Part shown: piece by piece, positions 1 to 6,803 of the stretch | Numbering within the stretch: position 1 is the first letter of the stretch | Layout: each line of letters begins with the position of its first letter | Source of the DNA: Eubacteriales bacterium | GTDB lineage: Bacteria > Bacillota > Clostridia > Oscillospirales > CAG-272 | Direction: 5' to 3' | Length of the DNA stretch: 64,000 nt | Assembly: GCA_045661325.1 (NCBI GenBank) | Contig: JAZRFK010000041.1 | Coordinates: 15,719-79,718 of the forward strand | Notes under the pieces: generated by a model | The model's database searches: none | What the model was told of the DNA's origin: nothing | The model's input: the letters and a program-made list of their open reading frames with translations, nothing else | Program-made: the position numbers and the translations under genes

Positions 1-648
1 CGTGTTGTCAATGACAAATCCCGTACCGTTTGCCGAGAAACAGCAGTTAACGAAATTGTTGTTTCCGCCGTTGTTGATGCAGCCGTAAAGGTTTTGTGAA
101 CAGGCAATATTCGTGAAATTATGAAATTCGCTAAAATGAGAAACGAGAATGCCCGCGCCGCAAAAACGGATATGGCAGTCCGAGGCCGCGATAGAGGAGG
201 CAACGGAATATCCCGTATGGCGACAGGTAATGCCGCCGCCCGAAAAGCCGAGAATGATGCAGCCCGAAACGGTATTCTTGTAGGGCTGACCCGTATGGTC
301 ATAATTGGTGTGATCTGTGGCCGTTCCCTCAAAAAGAATGCCGTGGCGGTCGCCAAGCGCCTTGGGCGCTTCTGTGTCCTCACCGCCAATGATAGCAAGG
401 TCCTTGACGGTAGAATAAGAGGAAAGGCGAATAGCGGCGCCCTCCTTTACCGTGTCGGAAAGAATCAGGCGAGAGGCGGCGCCCATACCCATTAAGGTAG
501 CACCGTAGGGAAGCCCAATGCCCGTGGTGATAAAGTCGCCCGCCCCCAAAACGCAGGCGCCGTATCGGTCAAGGGTGCCTTGGATTTTTTTCGTCATATC
601 TCTCTTGTCCTTGGGCGCGGCAAGAAAATAAGGAATCCGTTTAAGCAT
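1..648 (-). CDS. Parallel beta-helix (PbH1-like) repeat protein, N-terminal 216 codons; the gene continues past the window start
   Basis: The hand-translated minus-strand frame is open from the ATG (complement of 646-648) to base 1. An AGGAG RBS lies at the complement of 656-660. The protein starts MLKRIPYFLAAPKDK. Later Gly/Asn/Cys turns (NNGGNNNFVNCCFSANGTGFVIDN) are typical of right-handed beta-helix repeats. It is absent from the ORF track because it runs off the edge. Confidence 0.55.
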   Translation of the reverse strand, partial: MLKRIPYFLAAPKDKRDMTKKIQGTLDRYGACVLGAGDFITTGIGLPYGATLMGMGAASRLILSDTVKEGAAIRLSSYSTVKDLAIIGGEDTEAPKALGDRHGILFEGTATDHTNYDHTGQPYKNTVSGCIILGFSGGGITCRHTGYSVASSIAASDCHIRFCGAGILVSHFSEFHNFTNIACSQNLYGCINNGGNNNFVNCCFSANGTGFVIDNT

Positions 649-741
649 AGCTCTTCTCCTTTTTTGTTCAAGCCTATTGTAGCATAGGAAAAATAAAAAA
701 GCAAGAGCAAAAAAATGCTTTTGCAAACTATGGCCAAGGAG

Positions 742-796
742 TTGCTTTTTCCATATTTTTGTGCTATAATTTGATGCAGATGCTTTCAAAAGCATC
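742..796 (+). promoter_or_regulatory. Sigma-A-type promoter (TTGCTT-17-TGcTATAAT) plus an 18-bp perfect palindrome in the GH3 leader
   Basis: The -35 TTGCTT is at 742-747 and the extended -10 TGcTATAAT at 762-770. The palindrome GATGCTTT-CA-AAAGCATC at 779-796 ends 20 nt before the GH3 start. Confidence 0.5.
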
Positions 797-816
797 GCTG
801 TACGGAAAGGATTTGT

Positions 817-2979
817 ATGATGAAGGATATGGAAGCAAAAATCGAGGCGCTTCTCGCCAAAATGACTTTGCACGAGAAGGTGGGGCAGCTCAATATGCCC
901 GAAACGCCCAGTCTCAAAACCAAGGAAGAATTTTTGGAGAAGGTGCGTCGCGGTGAGGTCGGTGCCATCTTGATGTCGGTGGGAGCCACCGCAGGCAACA
1001 CCCCCCAGGGCGCCATCAACGTAGATTTTTATAACGAGATTCAGCGCGTTGCCGTTGAGGAAAGCCCCTCGGGCATTCCCGTAATCTTCGGGCGCGACGT
1101 TATCCACGGTCACCGTACCGTTCTCCCCATTCCGCTCGGAATGACGGCATCCTTCAATTTTGATAAGATTCGCGAGTGCTATCGTGACGTTGCAAAGGAA
1201 GCCGCAAACGATAGCATCCATTGGACGTTCACGCCTATGCTGGACCTCGCGCGTGACCCTCGCTGGGGGCGCATCGTAGAGGGCGCGGGTGAGGATCCCT
1301 ACCTTGGCGCTTGTATGGCAAAGGCAGTTGTTGCAGGCTTTCAGGGCGATGATCCCTCGGCAAAGGATTCTATGGCGGCTTGCGCCAAGCACTATATTGG
1401 CTACGGTGCCGCTGAGGGTGGGCGCGATTACCACCGCGCCGAAATAGCGGACTACACCCTCTATAATAGCTATCTCCCCGCATTCCGCGCCGCCGTGGAC
1501 GCAGGTGTTATGACCGTGATGAGCTCCTTCAACGAGATAAGCGGTGAATCCGTGACCTGTAGCAAGAAGTACCTCACCGACATTCTGCGCGGTGAGCTTG
1601 GCTTTGATGGCTTCGTGGTTTCCGACTACGGTTGTGTTGAGCAGCTCATTCCTCAGGGCGTCGCCGAAGACCGCGCCGAAGCCTCCGCTATGGCAGTCGA
1701 AGCAGGTCTTGATGTGGATATGTGGGATAACTGCTACATTGAAAATCTTGAAAAGGCAGTCGAAAGCGGCCGTCTTGATGAAAAGGTCATCGATGAAGCC
1801 GTGCGCCGCATCCTTCGCATTAAGTTTATGAAGGGGCTCTTTGAGCATCCCTATTGTGAGCAGGTCGAGCTTGACCGAACCGAGCATCTTGAACGCGCCG
1901 AGGCACTCGCCGAAGAGAGCGTTGTGCTTTTGAAAAATGACGGCGCGCTGCCTCTCTCCAAGGATGCAACGGTCGCCCTGCTTGGCCCCTTTGCAAGAGA
2001 AAGACGGTCGCTCCTCGGCTGTTGGACGCTTGACGGCAAGGCAGACGAAACCCAGAATTTAGAAGAGGCTATGGTTGCCGCCCTGGCTGGCACTAAGGGG
2101 CGCCTTTTGACAAGCCCCTCTGTCGGCTTTACCTATGATATCGCCTTCAGCCCCGTCTGGACGAACGTTGCTGACGTTGCCGTTCTCGCCATCGGTGAAA
2201 ACTGGGTGGTTACGGGCGAAAACAAGGCAGTTTCCAATATCTCCATTCCCGCAGAGCAGATTGACCTCTTGAAGCGCACCAAAATGAGTGGCAAGAAGGT
2301 TGTCGCCGTCATTTTCTGCGCGCGCCCCATCGCCATGGAGGGTATCGCCGAGTATTGTGACGCCATTCTGTACGCTTGGCACGGCGGAAGCCGCGCGGCA
2401 AATGCGGTCGCCCGCATCCTGTACGGTGACGTCAACCCCTCGGGTAGACTCCCCGCAACCCTGCCGCGCTTGGCAACCCACATTCCGCTTTACTATAACG
2501 TGACTTCCAGCGGTAGACCCGTCAACTGCTATTACGGCCAAAACCCCGGCAACTGCTATTTTGACTCTATTCCCACGCCCTATTATCCCTTCGGCTACGG
2601 CCTCTCCTACACCAACTTTGCATATGGAGATATCAAGGTCGAAGAGGCCGCCATCTCCCGCGAGGACTTGGAAAAGGGCAAGACCTTCCAAATCTCCGTC
2701 ACCGTGGAAAACACGGGTGAGTATGACGGCAAGGAAACCGTCCAGCTCTACATCCATGACCCCGTTGCTAAAATGATGCGCCCCCTGCGTGAGCTCAAAG
2801 CGTTCGAGAAAATCGAGCTCAAAAAAGGCGAAAAGAAAACCGTCACCCTCGCGCTCGGCAAAGCCGAGCTTGGCTACTACCTCGCCAACGGCACCTATAC
2901 TCTCGAAAAGGGCAAAATAGAAATCTACCTCGGCGAGAACTGCCTCACCACCCGCAAGACCGAAATCACGATTCTTTAA
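817..2979 (+). CDS. Glycoside hydrolase family 3 beta-glucosidase (BglX-type)
   Basis: 720-aa ORF with GH3 hallmarks: LHEKVGQL, GRDVIHG, AKHYIGYG and GFVVSDYG (nucleophile region), plus a C-terminal beta-sandwich. An RBS GGAAAGGA lies upstream. Confidence 0.9.
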   Translation: MMKDMEAKIEALLAKMTLHEKVGQLNMPETPSLKTKEEFLEKVRRGEVGAILMSVGATAGNTPQGAINVDFYNEIQRVAVEESPSGIPVIFGRDVIHGHRTVLPIPLGMTASFNFDKIRECYRDVAKEAANDSIHWTFTPMLDLARDPRWGRIVEGAGEDPYLGACMAKAVVAGFQGDDPSAKDSMAACAKHYIGYGAAEGGRDYHRAEIADYTLYNSYLPAFRAAVDAGVMTVMSSFNEISGESVTCSKKYLTDILRGELGFDGFVVSDYGCVEQLIPQGVAEDRAEASAMAVEAGLDVDMWDNCYIENLEKAVESGRLDEKVIDEAVRRILRIKFMKGLFEHPYCEQVELDRTEHLERAEALAEESVVLLKNDGALPLSKDATVALLGPFARERRSLLGCWTLDGKADETQNLEEAMVAALAGTKGRLLTSPSVGFTYDIAFSPVWTNVADVAVLAIGENWVVTGENKAVSNISIPAEQIDLLKRTKMSGKKVVAVIFCARPIAMEGIAEYCDAILYAWHGGSRAANAVARILYGDVNPSGRLPATLPRLATHIPLYYNVTSSGRPVNCYYGQNPGNCYFDSIPTPYYPFGYGLSYTNFAYGDIKVEEAAISREDLEKGKTFQISVTVENTGEYDGKETVQLYIHDPVAKMMRPLRELKAFEKIELKKGEKKTVTLALGKAELGYYLANGTYTLEKGKIEIYLGENCLTTRKTEITIL

Positions 2980-3060
2980 TTTTATTTTGCTAAAACGAGA
3001 AAGAGCAAGCATACAAGCTAAAAAGCCTGTGTGCTTGGTCGGCTTCACAACAAAATAAGT

Positions 3061-3103
3061 AAGAGTCCTCGGCTTCAATTAAGAAACCGAGGACTCTTTT
3101 TTT
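3061..3103. terminator. Bidirectional intrinsic terminator between the GH3 gene and the low-GC operon
   Basis: A 10-12 bp stem (GAGTCCTCGG 3063-3072 with CCGAGGACTC 3087-3096) is followed by a T-run at 3097-3103 and preceded by an A-rich tract. Confidence 0.75.
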
Positions 3104-3449
3104 ATGTTGGCTTTAGCATTTTTTTTACGATATCAACCTTGCACTGAATTTTTTTCGTCTTATAGGTAACCGTGCAAATATCTCCGGAAACCGAAGAAAC
3201 AACTCCTTCACCAAAGGTTTTATTGAATACTTTTTTGCCTAAAAGTGTTTCAACTGAACTTGGTTCCGTATAAGTTTTACAAATCGTTGGCCCTACACAA
3301 TGAATCCAAGTAACGGCACAAAGTTTAGTTTCGTGCTGGTAATGAATGCATCTTCTGCGATCACGGCGATTCAAATTACCTTTGCCCGTTGTCGGAACAA
3401 AAAACGCGTGCATACCATATCCGGCAAACTTTTTGAATTTACTTCCCAT
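3102..3449 (-). CDS. Hypothetical 115-aa protein: Cys/His cluster plus a C-terminal Tudor-like FGEGxV motif (PcrA/UvrD C-terminal-domain-like)
   Basis: An RBS GTGAGGT lies upstream. The protein contains CIHYQHETKLCAVTWIHCVGPTIC followed by GKKVFNKTFGEGVVSSVSGDICTVTY. It is the last gene of the low-GC operon. Confidence 0.6.
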   Translation of the reverse strand: MGSKFKKFAGYGMHAFFVPTTGKGNLNRRDRRRCIHYQHETKLCAVTWIHCVGPTICKTYTEPSSVETLLGKKVFNKTFGEGVVSSVSGDICTVTYKTKKIQCKVDIVKKMLKPT

Positions 3450-3465
3450 CTGATAACCTCACTTT

Positions 3466-3675
3466 TTAACTAGTCCACCATTGAACAATGACAAGTGCAA
3501 TCAAACCGATTCCAAGTATCGTTCCAAACCCCTCGCCACTTCCAATAAGGCAAGCGAAAGCTAATACAAGGGTTATAAGAATAACTGCACAGCCGGGACC
3601 TTTTATTTCAAAGCCTGGAGGTAGGTCATTCATATCAGGTATGTCTTTCTTATCTTCGTCTTGTAGCTTTTTCAT
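3466..3675 (-). CDS. Small membrane protein, 69 aa, with an acidic N-terminus and two predicted TM helices
   Basis: An RBS GAAGGTGA lies upstream. The sequence is MKKLQDEDKKDIPDMNDL..., followed by AVILITLVLAFACLIG and ILGIGLIALVIVQWW. Confidence 0.6.
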   Translation of the reverse strand: MKKLQDEDKKDIPDMNDLPPGFEIKGPGCAVILITLVLAFACLIGSGEGFGTILGIGLIALVIVQWWTS

Positions 3676-3714
3676 TATAAATCACCTTCAATCCATTATA
3701 ACATATTTTCTGTG

Positions 3715-4200
3715 TTATACAACATCATTTTGATGTTCAACCTGTAATGCTTGCAAAACTTTCCTAAAAACAACTTTATTTGGACAGTAGTGGTCGTGTG
3801 CAAATATCTTTATTCCTTTGCGGCTTCGATATTCTAAAATTGCTGCTGCAACTGCCGCGCTTCTAGATTGCCCGTGCTCGCATTGACAAATAAGCGTGGA
3901 AAAAGATTCTTTCTTTGAACGATAAAAGTCAGCAATTTGAGTTGCCTGCAAATCCGATATCATTTTATACTTTGCTTCAATAGCCTTGCGCGAATCTTCG
4001 GTAGGGTTGTAGCCTAACTGATCTATTATAACATCATTATCAACGTCATCAAAGGCGATCTGCAAGAGAAATTCGGGCTGATACGTTAAGGGCGCAAAGC
4101 TGCAATGGGCATCTGTAATGCTAATCAATGCGGTATGCTCTGGAAAGGGAAACTTAGAGAGTGCCTCTATCTCCTTGCGGCTTTTAATCCATATCTTCAT
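3715..4200 (-). CDS. Dual-specificity/PTP-fold phosphatase-like protein (CX5R P-loop)
   Basis: 161-aa ORF. ICQCEHGQSRSAAVAAAILEY matches the C-x5-R-S P-loop and following helix of DUSPs (VHCxAGxSRSA...AYLM). An RBS CGAGGTAG lies upstream, and the ATG starts 1 nt after the stop of 4202-4579. Confidence 0.65.
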   Translation of the reverse strand: MKIWIKSRKEIEALSKFPFPEHTALISITDAHCSFAPLTYQPEFLLQIAFDDVDNDVIIDQLGYNPTEDSRKAIEAKYKMISDLQATQIADFYRSKKESFSTLICQCEHGQSRSAAVAAAILEYRSRKGIKIFAHDHYCPNKVVFRKVLQALQVEHQNDVV

Positions 4201-4201
4201 T

Positions 4202-4579
4202 TCAAACTACCTCGTTTTTTTCTATGACTGTAAGGAAAAACTGCTGTTTTTCGGCGAGGGTTAATTGCTCGTAACTAAATGCCATTATTTTAGTCTTGAT
4301 TTCATTCTCGGTCTTTTTTCCAAGATTTCTGATTTGTAAAAGCGCACCGCTTGCAACTGCATCAATCACTTCGCCGAGTGTGAAAATGCCGGAGCGTTTC
4401 ATAGCATTCATTGCTCTTGCTGAAAAATCAAGCGAGTCAATGCTAATTTCGTAGGTTTTGTTGTTGTATGGAACAATCATATTTACACGGCGCCCGAATA
4501 AAGTTACCAATGTTGGTATCACTCCAATTTGATCAGCAGATTCCATCAATACTTTTGCTAATTCCTGTTTCTTTTTCAT
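4202..4579 (-). CDS. Small protein with an RNA polymerase alpha-subunit C-terminal-domain (helix-hairpin-helix)-like module
   Basis: 125-aa ORF with RBS AGGAGTGA. LDFSARAMNAMKRSGIFTLGEVIDAVASGALLQIRNLGKKTENEIKTKI resembles the alpha-CTD pattern L.LS.R..N.L...I.T.G.L......LL.I.N.GKKS..EI. Confidence 0.6.
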   Translation of the reverse strand: MKKKQELAKVLMESADQIGVIPTLVTLFGRRVNMIVPYNNKTYEISIDSLDFSARAMNAMKRSGIFTLGEVIDAVASGALLQIRNLGKKTENEIKTKIMAFSYEQLTLAEKQQFFLTVIEKNEVV

Positions 4580-4644
4580 ACCTTGTCACTCCTAAAAAAT
4601 AATTCCGATGAATCATCTTGCTTCCAAGAATTTCTATCGGAACT

Positions 4645-4673
4645 ATTATAGCACATTTAAATTTTCGATTGAA
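4645..4673 (-). promoter_or_regulatory. Candidate promoter of the low-GC operon (TTCAAT-17-TGcTATAAT)
   Basis: The complement of 4668-4673 reads TTCAAT. A 17-nt spacer follows. The complement of 4645-4653 reads TGCTATAAT. Confidence 0.45.
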
Positions 4674-4967
4674 TTTTTTGAGGGAGTGTGAAAAAAATCC
4701 ATTAACCAATCTTGTGCTATAATGAAAAAATATTTTCCGTTTTTATCCGTAGAAGGAAAAAACAATAAGTGAATTTTGATGAATGTTTTATGACGAATTG
4801 CGAACAATAGTACCAGAGGCAACGAGAGAAGAAAACAAAACGGTGGGTTGACAAGCCGTTTTGTGTGTCGCGAGGCGAGCTTTTCTTGTTCGCCTCGATG
4901 ATATAGATGGCGCAAAAACGAGAGAACGGCTTTTGTGCCCAACACCAAAAATGAGGAGATTTCCAAA

Positions 4968-5168
4968 ATGGCAAGAAATAGTGTCATCGTTCCCGAAGCC
5001 AAAGAGGCTATGAAGAACTTCAAGATGCAGGCGGCAAGCGAAGTCGGCGTAAACTTGAAGGACGGATACAACGGTGAACTCACCTCCCGCCAGCCAGGTT
5101 CCGTTGGCGGCCAGATGGTGAAGAAGATGATCGAGTCCTATGAGAACTCGATTAAGACCGGCAAGTAA
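4968..5168 (+). CDS. Small acid-soluble spore protein, alpha/beta type
   Basis: The sequence MARNSVIVPEAKEAMKNFKMQAASEVGV...SRQPGSVGGQMVKKMIE fits the SASP alpha/beta pattern. An RBS GAGGAG at 4953-4958 supports ATG 4968 rather than the GTG at 4935 used in the ORF track. GC is about 50%, like the core genome. Confidence 0.85.
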   Translation: MARNSVIVPEAKEAMKNFKMQAASEVGVNLKDGYNGELTSRQPGSVGGQMVKKMIESYENSIKTGK

Positions 5169-5216
5169 GAGTCGGCAAACGGCAAGAGCCGTTTCAGGTC
5201 TTTTGCGGCATTAGCC

Positions 5217-5275
5217 GCAAAAGCATAAAAAAAGAGCTTCTTTTCCGCCGCGGATACCGCGGCGGTTTTTCTTTT
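5217..5275. repeat. Boundary repeat R1, copy a (59 bp; contains the ssp terminator hairpin)
   Basis: GCAAAAGCATAAAAAAAGAGCTTCTTTTCCGCCGCGGATACCGCGGCGGTTTTTCTTTT is identical to 9497-9555 except for one base (A/T in the hairpin loop). Confidence 0.9.
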
Positions 5276-5276
5276 T
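5245..5276 (+). terminator. Intrinsic terminator of ssp
   Basis: The stem CCGCCGCGG (5245-5253) pairs with CCGCGGCGG (5257-5265) across a 3-nt loop, followed by a T-run. Two additional hairpins sit upstream at 5176-5197 and 5199-5222. Confidence 0.8.
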
Positions 5277-5313
5277 CTTTAAAAATAAAAACCGCCATCC
5301 TTCGATGACGGTT

Positions 5314-5517
5314 TTATTTTTCTTCAATGTAAAGCAATATATCCTCAATACGACAGTTAAGGATAGAGCAAAGATCGTCAAGCGTGACTGTGCTGACGGG
5401 TTTATTGTGCTTCAATCGGTCAAGCAAGCTCCTGCTGATGCCGTAATCTATTATAAGACGGTAGGTGGATAGCCCACGCGCCTTTAATGTTTCGTAAAAA
5501 GGGGCGTAAGAGATCAT
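5314..5517 (-). CDS. XRE/Cro-C1-family helix-turn-helix transcriptional regulator (67 aa)
   Basis: MISYAPFYETLKARGLSTYRLIIDYGISRSLLDRLKHNKPVSTVTLDDLCSILNCRIEDIL is a typical short XRE HTH. An RBS GGGAGGA lies upstream and a hairpin terminator lies at 5291-5312. Confidence 0.8.
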   Translation of the reverse strand: MISYAPFYETLKARGLSTYRLIIDYGISRSLLDRLKHNKPVSTVTLDDLCSILNCRIEDILLYIEEK

Positions 5518-5594
5518 GGCTATCCTCCCGATACTTTCTTGGCTTTTTCTATTCTTTCACGTTCCTTGTCTATTATACAACTATGCTCTCTATT

Positions 5595-5656
5595 TTGACA
5601 ATTGTCGACAAAAAGAGCATAAAACTATTGACAAAAAAGTAGCATAGTGCTACAAT
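5595..5656 (+). promoter_or_regulatory. Divergent control region: consensus promoter TTGACA-17-TACAAT plus the 10-bp palindrome TTGTCGACAA
   Basis: TTGACA at 5628-5633, a 17-nt spacer and TACAAT at 5651-5656 drive the plus-strand cassette genes. A second TTGACA at 5595-5600 overlaps the perfect palindrome TTGTCGACAA at 5602-5611, a candidate XRE operator. Confidence 0.55.
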
Positions 5657-5721
5657 GATTATACTCTATAAAAAGAGTACAATTGAAGAATAAAGACTTT
5701 GGAGCTGAGAAGGAGAGAACA

Positions 5722-6777
5722 ATGAAAAAGAAAGAATGGGATATTTCCAAAATTATCGCAATTGTCAGTCCGTTCATCGTTTTTTTGTCAAGTCTGATGT
5801 CGTATATGGTACGAACAGACACACACCAAATGGTAGGAGCCAGTACAACATGGATTACTTTGTTTTTATCCATAATTTTTTCGCTCCTTCTGTTCTTTGG
5901 TGTGAATAAAAGCATTGGCTTTTCTGCGTGGCTGATTGGACTTGGCCTTATATTTGTTCCGCTTATTTCCGCCGCTGCTTTTCTTCCCTTGATTTTAGGC
6001 GGATCGATGGCTTTGATTAACTGCATTTTTGCGCAAAAGGAAGAGAATTTGATTTCGTCTGAGGCGGACTCTGGCGCGATAGCGGCTTGCCGCAATGAGA
6101 AAAAGAAGCTACAGACCTTCGTTTTCGTGACGCTGTTTTTCTTAATGCCCAATAGCTTTGGAAGCAGCTCTCTTTTGTCTCTTGCGCTTTTGATTTTAGG
6201 TAACATTGAATTTTTATCGTTTGCTCCTACTGCTACTATGATTAGTTCTATAAGTTCCGCTATGCATCTGGTTGCTTTGCCTGTTTATTTGCTTTATTTT
6301 GGCGCACAGCATCCGTTTTCCGAAAAGGAGAACAAGCCGATGATTGTGGTGGGCTCGGTGCTGACTGTATTGTTTTGCGTGCCTTACGCTTTTCTTGCTT
6401 TGAGAGAAGGCATCGGTTTCGTTTTACCGCTGATTTTGTTGATAAGATTACCCATCGTTTTCTTTGGCTATTTCTGGCTTTGCAAAAAATGGCAGTCTCC
6501 CTATACGTATGCGCTCGTTTCTGTATGCACTGTCATTCTGCCGCCGTACGTCCTGCTCGCCGCAATAGCGGTGGTTGTGGCTCTTGTTGCGCTTTTAGGT
6601 ATAAAGCTCTTCTTTGGAGGTGCCAACAAAAGCAGCCCCTCTCCCTCGAAAAGCTGGGAGGTTACGGAAAATGGCGTTACATATACAATCACGGAGAATG
6701 CAAACGGCAGATATTTTGACGATACCAATAAGGAGTGGGCAACGGACGATGGCGGCAGCAGCTTCTATCGTATTTGA
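5722..6777 (+). CDS. Polytopic membrane protein (351 aa, ~9-10 TM) with a short soluble C-terminal tail; no family recognised
   Basis: The RBS AGGAGAG supports ATG 5722, in-frame inside track ORF 5683-6777. Hydrophobic segments run throughout. The C-terminus reads KSWEVTENGVTYTITENANGRYFDDTNKEWATDDGGSSFYRI. Confidence 0.7.
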   Translation: MKKKEWDISKIIAIVSPFIVFLSSLMSYMVRTDTHQMVGASTTWITLFLSIIFSLLLFFGVNKSIGFSAWLIGLGLIFVPLISAAAFLPLILGGSMALINCIFAQKEENLISSEADSGAIAACRNEKKKLQTFVFVTLFFLMPNSFGSSSLLSLALLILGNIEFLSFAPTATMISSISSAMHLVALPVYLLYFGAQHPFSEKENKPMIVVGSVLTVLFCVPYAFLALREGIGFVLPLILLIRLPIVFFGYFWLCKKWQSPYTYALVSVCTVILPPYVLLAAIAVVVALVALLGIKLFFGGANKSSPSPSKSWEVTENGVTYTITENANGRYFDDTNKEWATDDGGSSFYRI

Positions 6778-6803
6778 TATATCAATAAAATTTTGGAGGA
6801 ACT

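Noticed and set aside
121-495. 124-aa plus-strand ORF at the window start
   Set aside because: It is Arg/Ala/Gly-rich with no RBS. The opposite strand carries an uninterrupted 216-codon frame with an RBS and beta-helix repeats.
779-796. GH3 leader palindrome as a CcpA cre site
   Set aside because: It matches only about 6 of the defined cre positions (TGWAANCGNTNWCA), and the central CG is absent.
2059-3078. 339-aa minus-strand ORF, plus several 70-116-aa ORFs, inside the GH3 gene
   Set aside because: They are antisense to a confidently identified GH3 gene. The sequence is low-complexity and Gly/Ala/Val/Arg-rich, as is typical of antisense frames in genes above 50% GC. No RBS is present.
4712-4723. 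Plus-strand extended -10 (TGcTATAAT, 4715-4723) as a promoter for an unannotated transcript or for ssp
   Set aside because: There is no acceptable -35 element (AAATCC). It lies 245 nt upstream of ssp, which would be expected to use a forespore sigma-G-type promoter, and there is no ORF or clear structure downstream. It cannot be supported from sequence alone.
4646-5083. 145-aa and 85-aa minus-strand ORFs spanning the intergenic region and the ssp gene
   Set aside because: They overlap the well-supported SASP gene in antisense and run through promoter and hairpin sequence. No RBS is present.
5625-6206. 193-aa minus-strand ORF across the XRE/membrane-gene control region
   Set aside because: It is antisense to the membrane-protein gene and runs through the consensus plus-strand promoter. 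It has no RBS, and the XRE gene already accounts for the minus-strand transcription unit.
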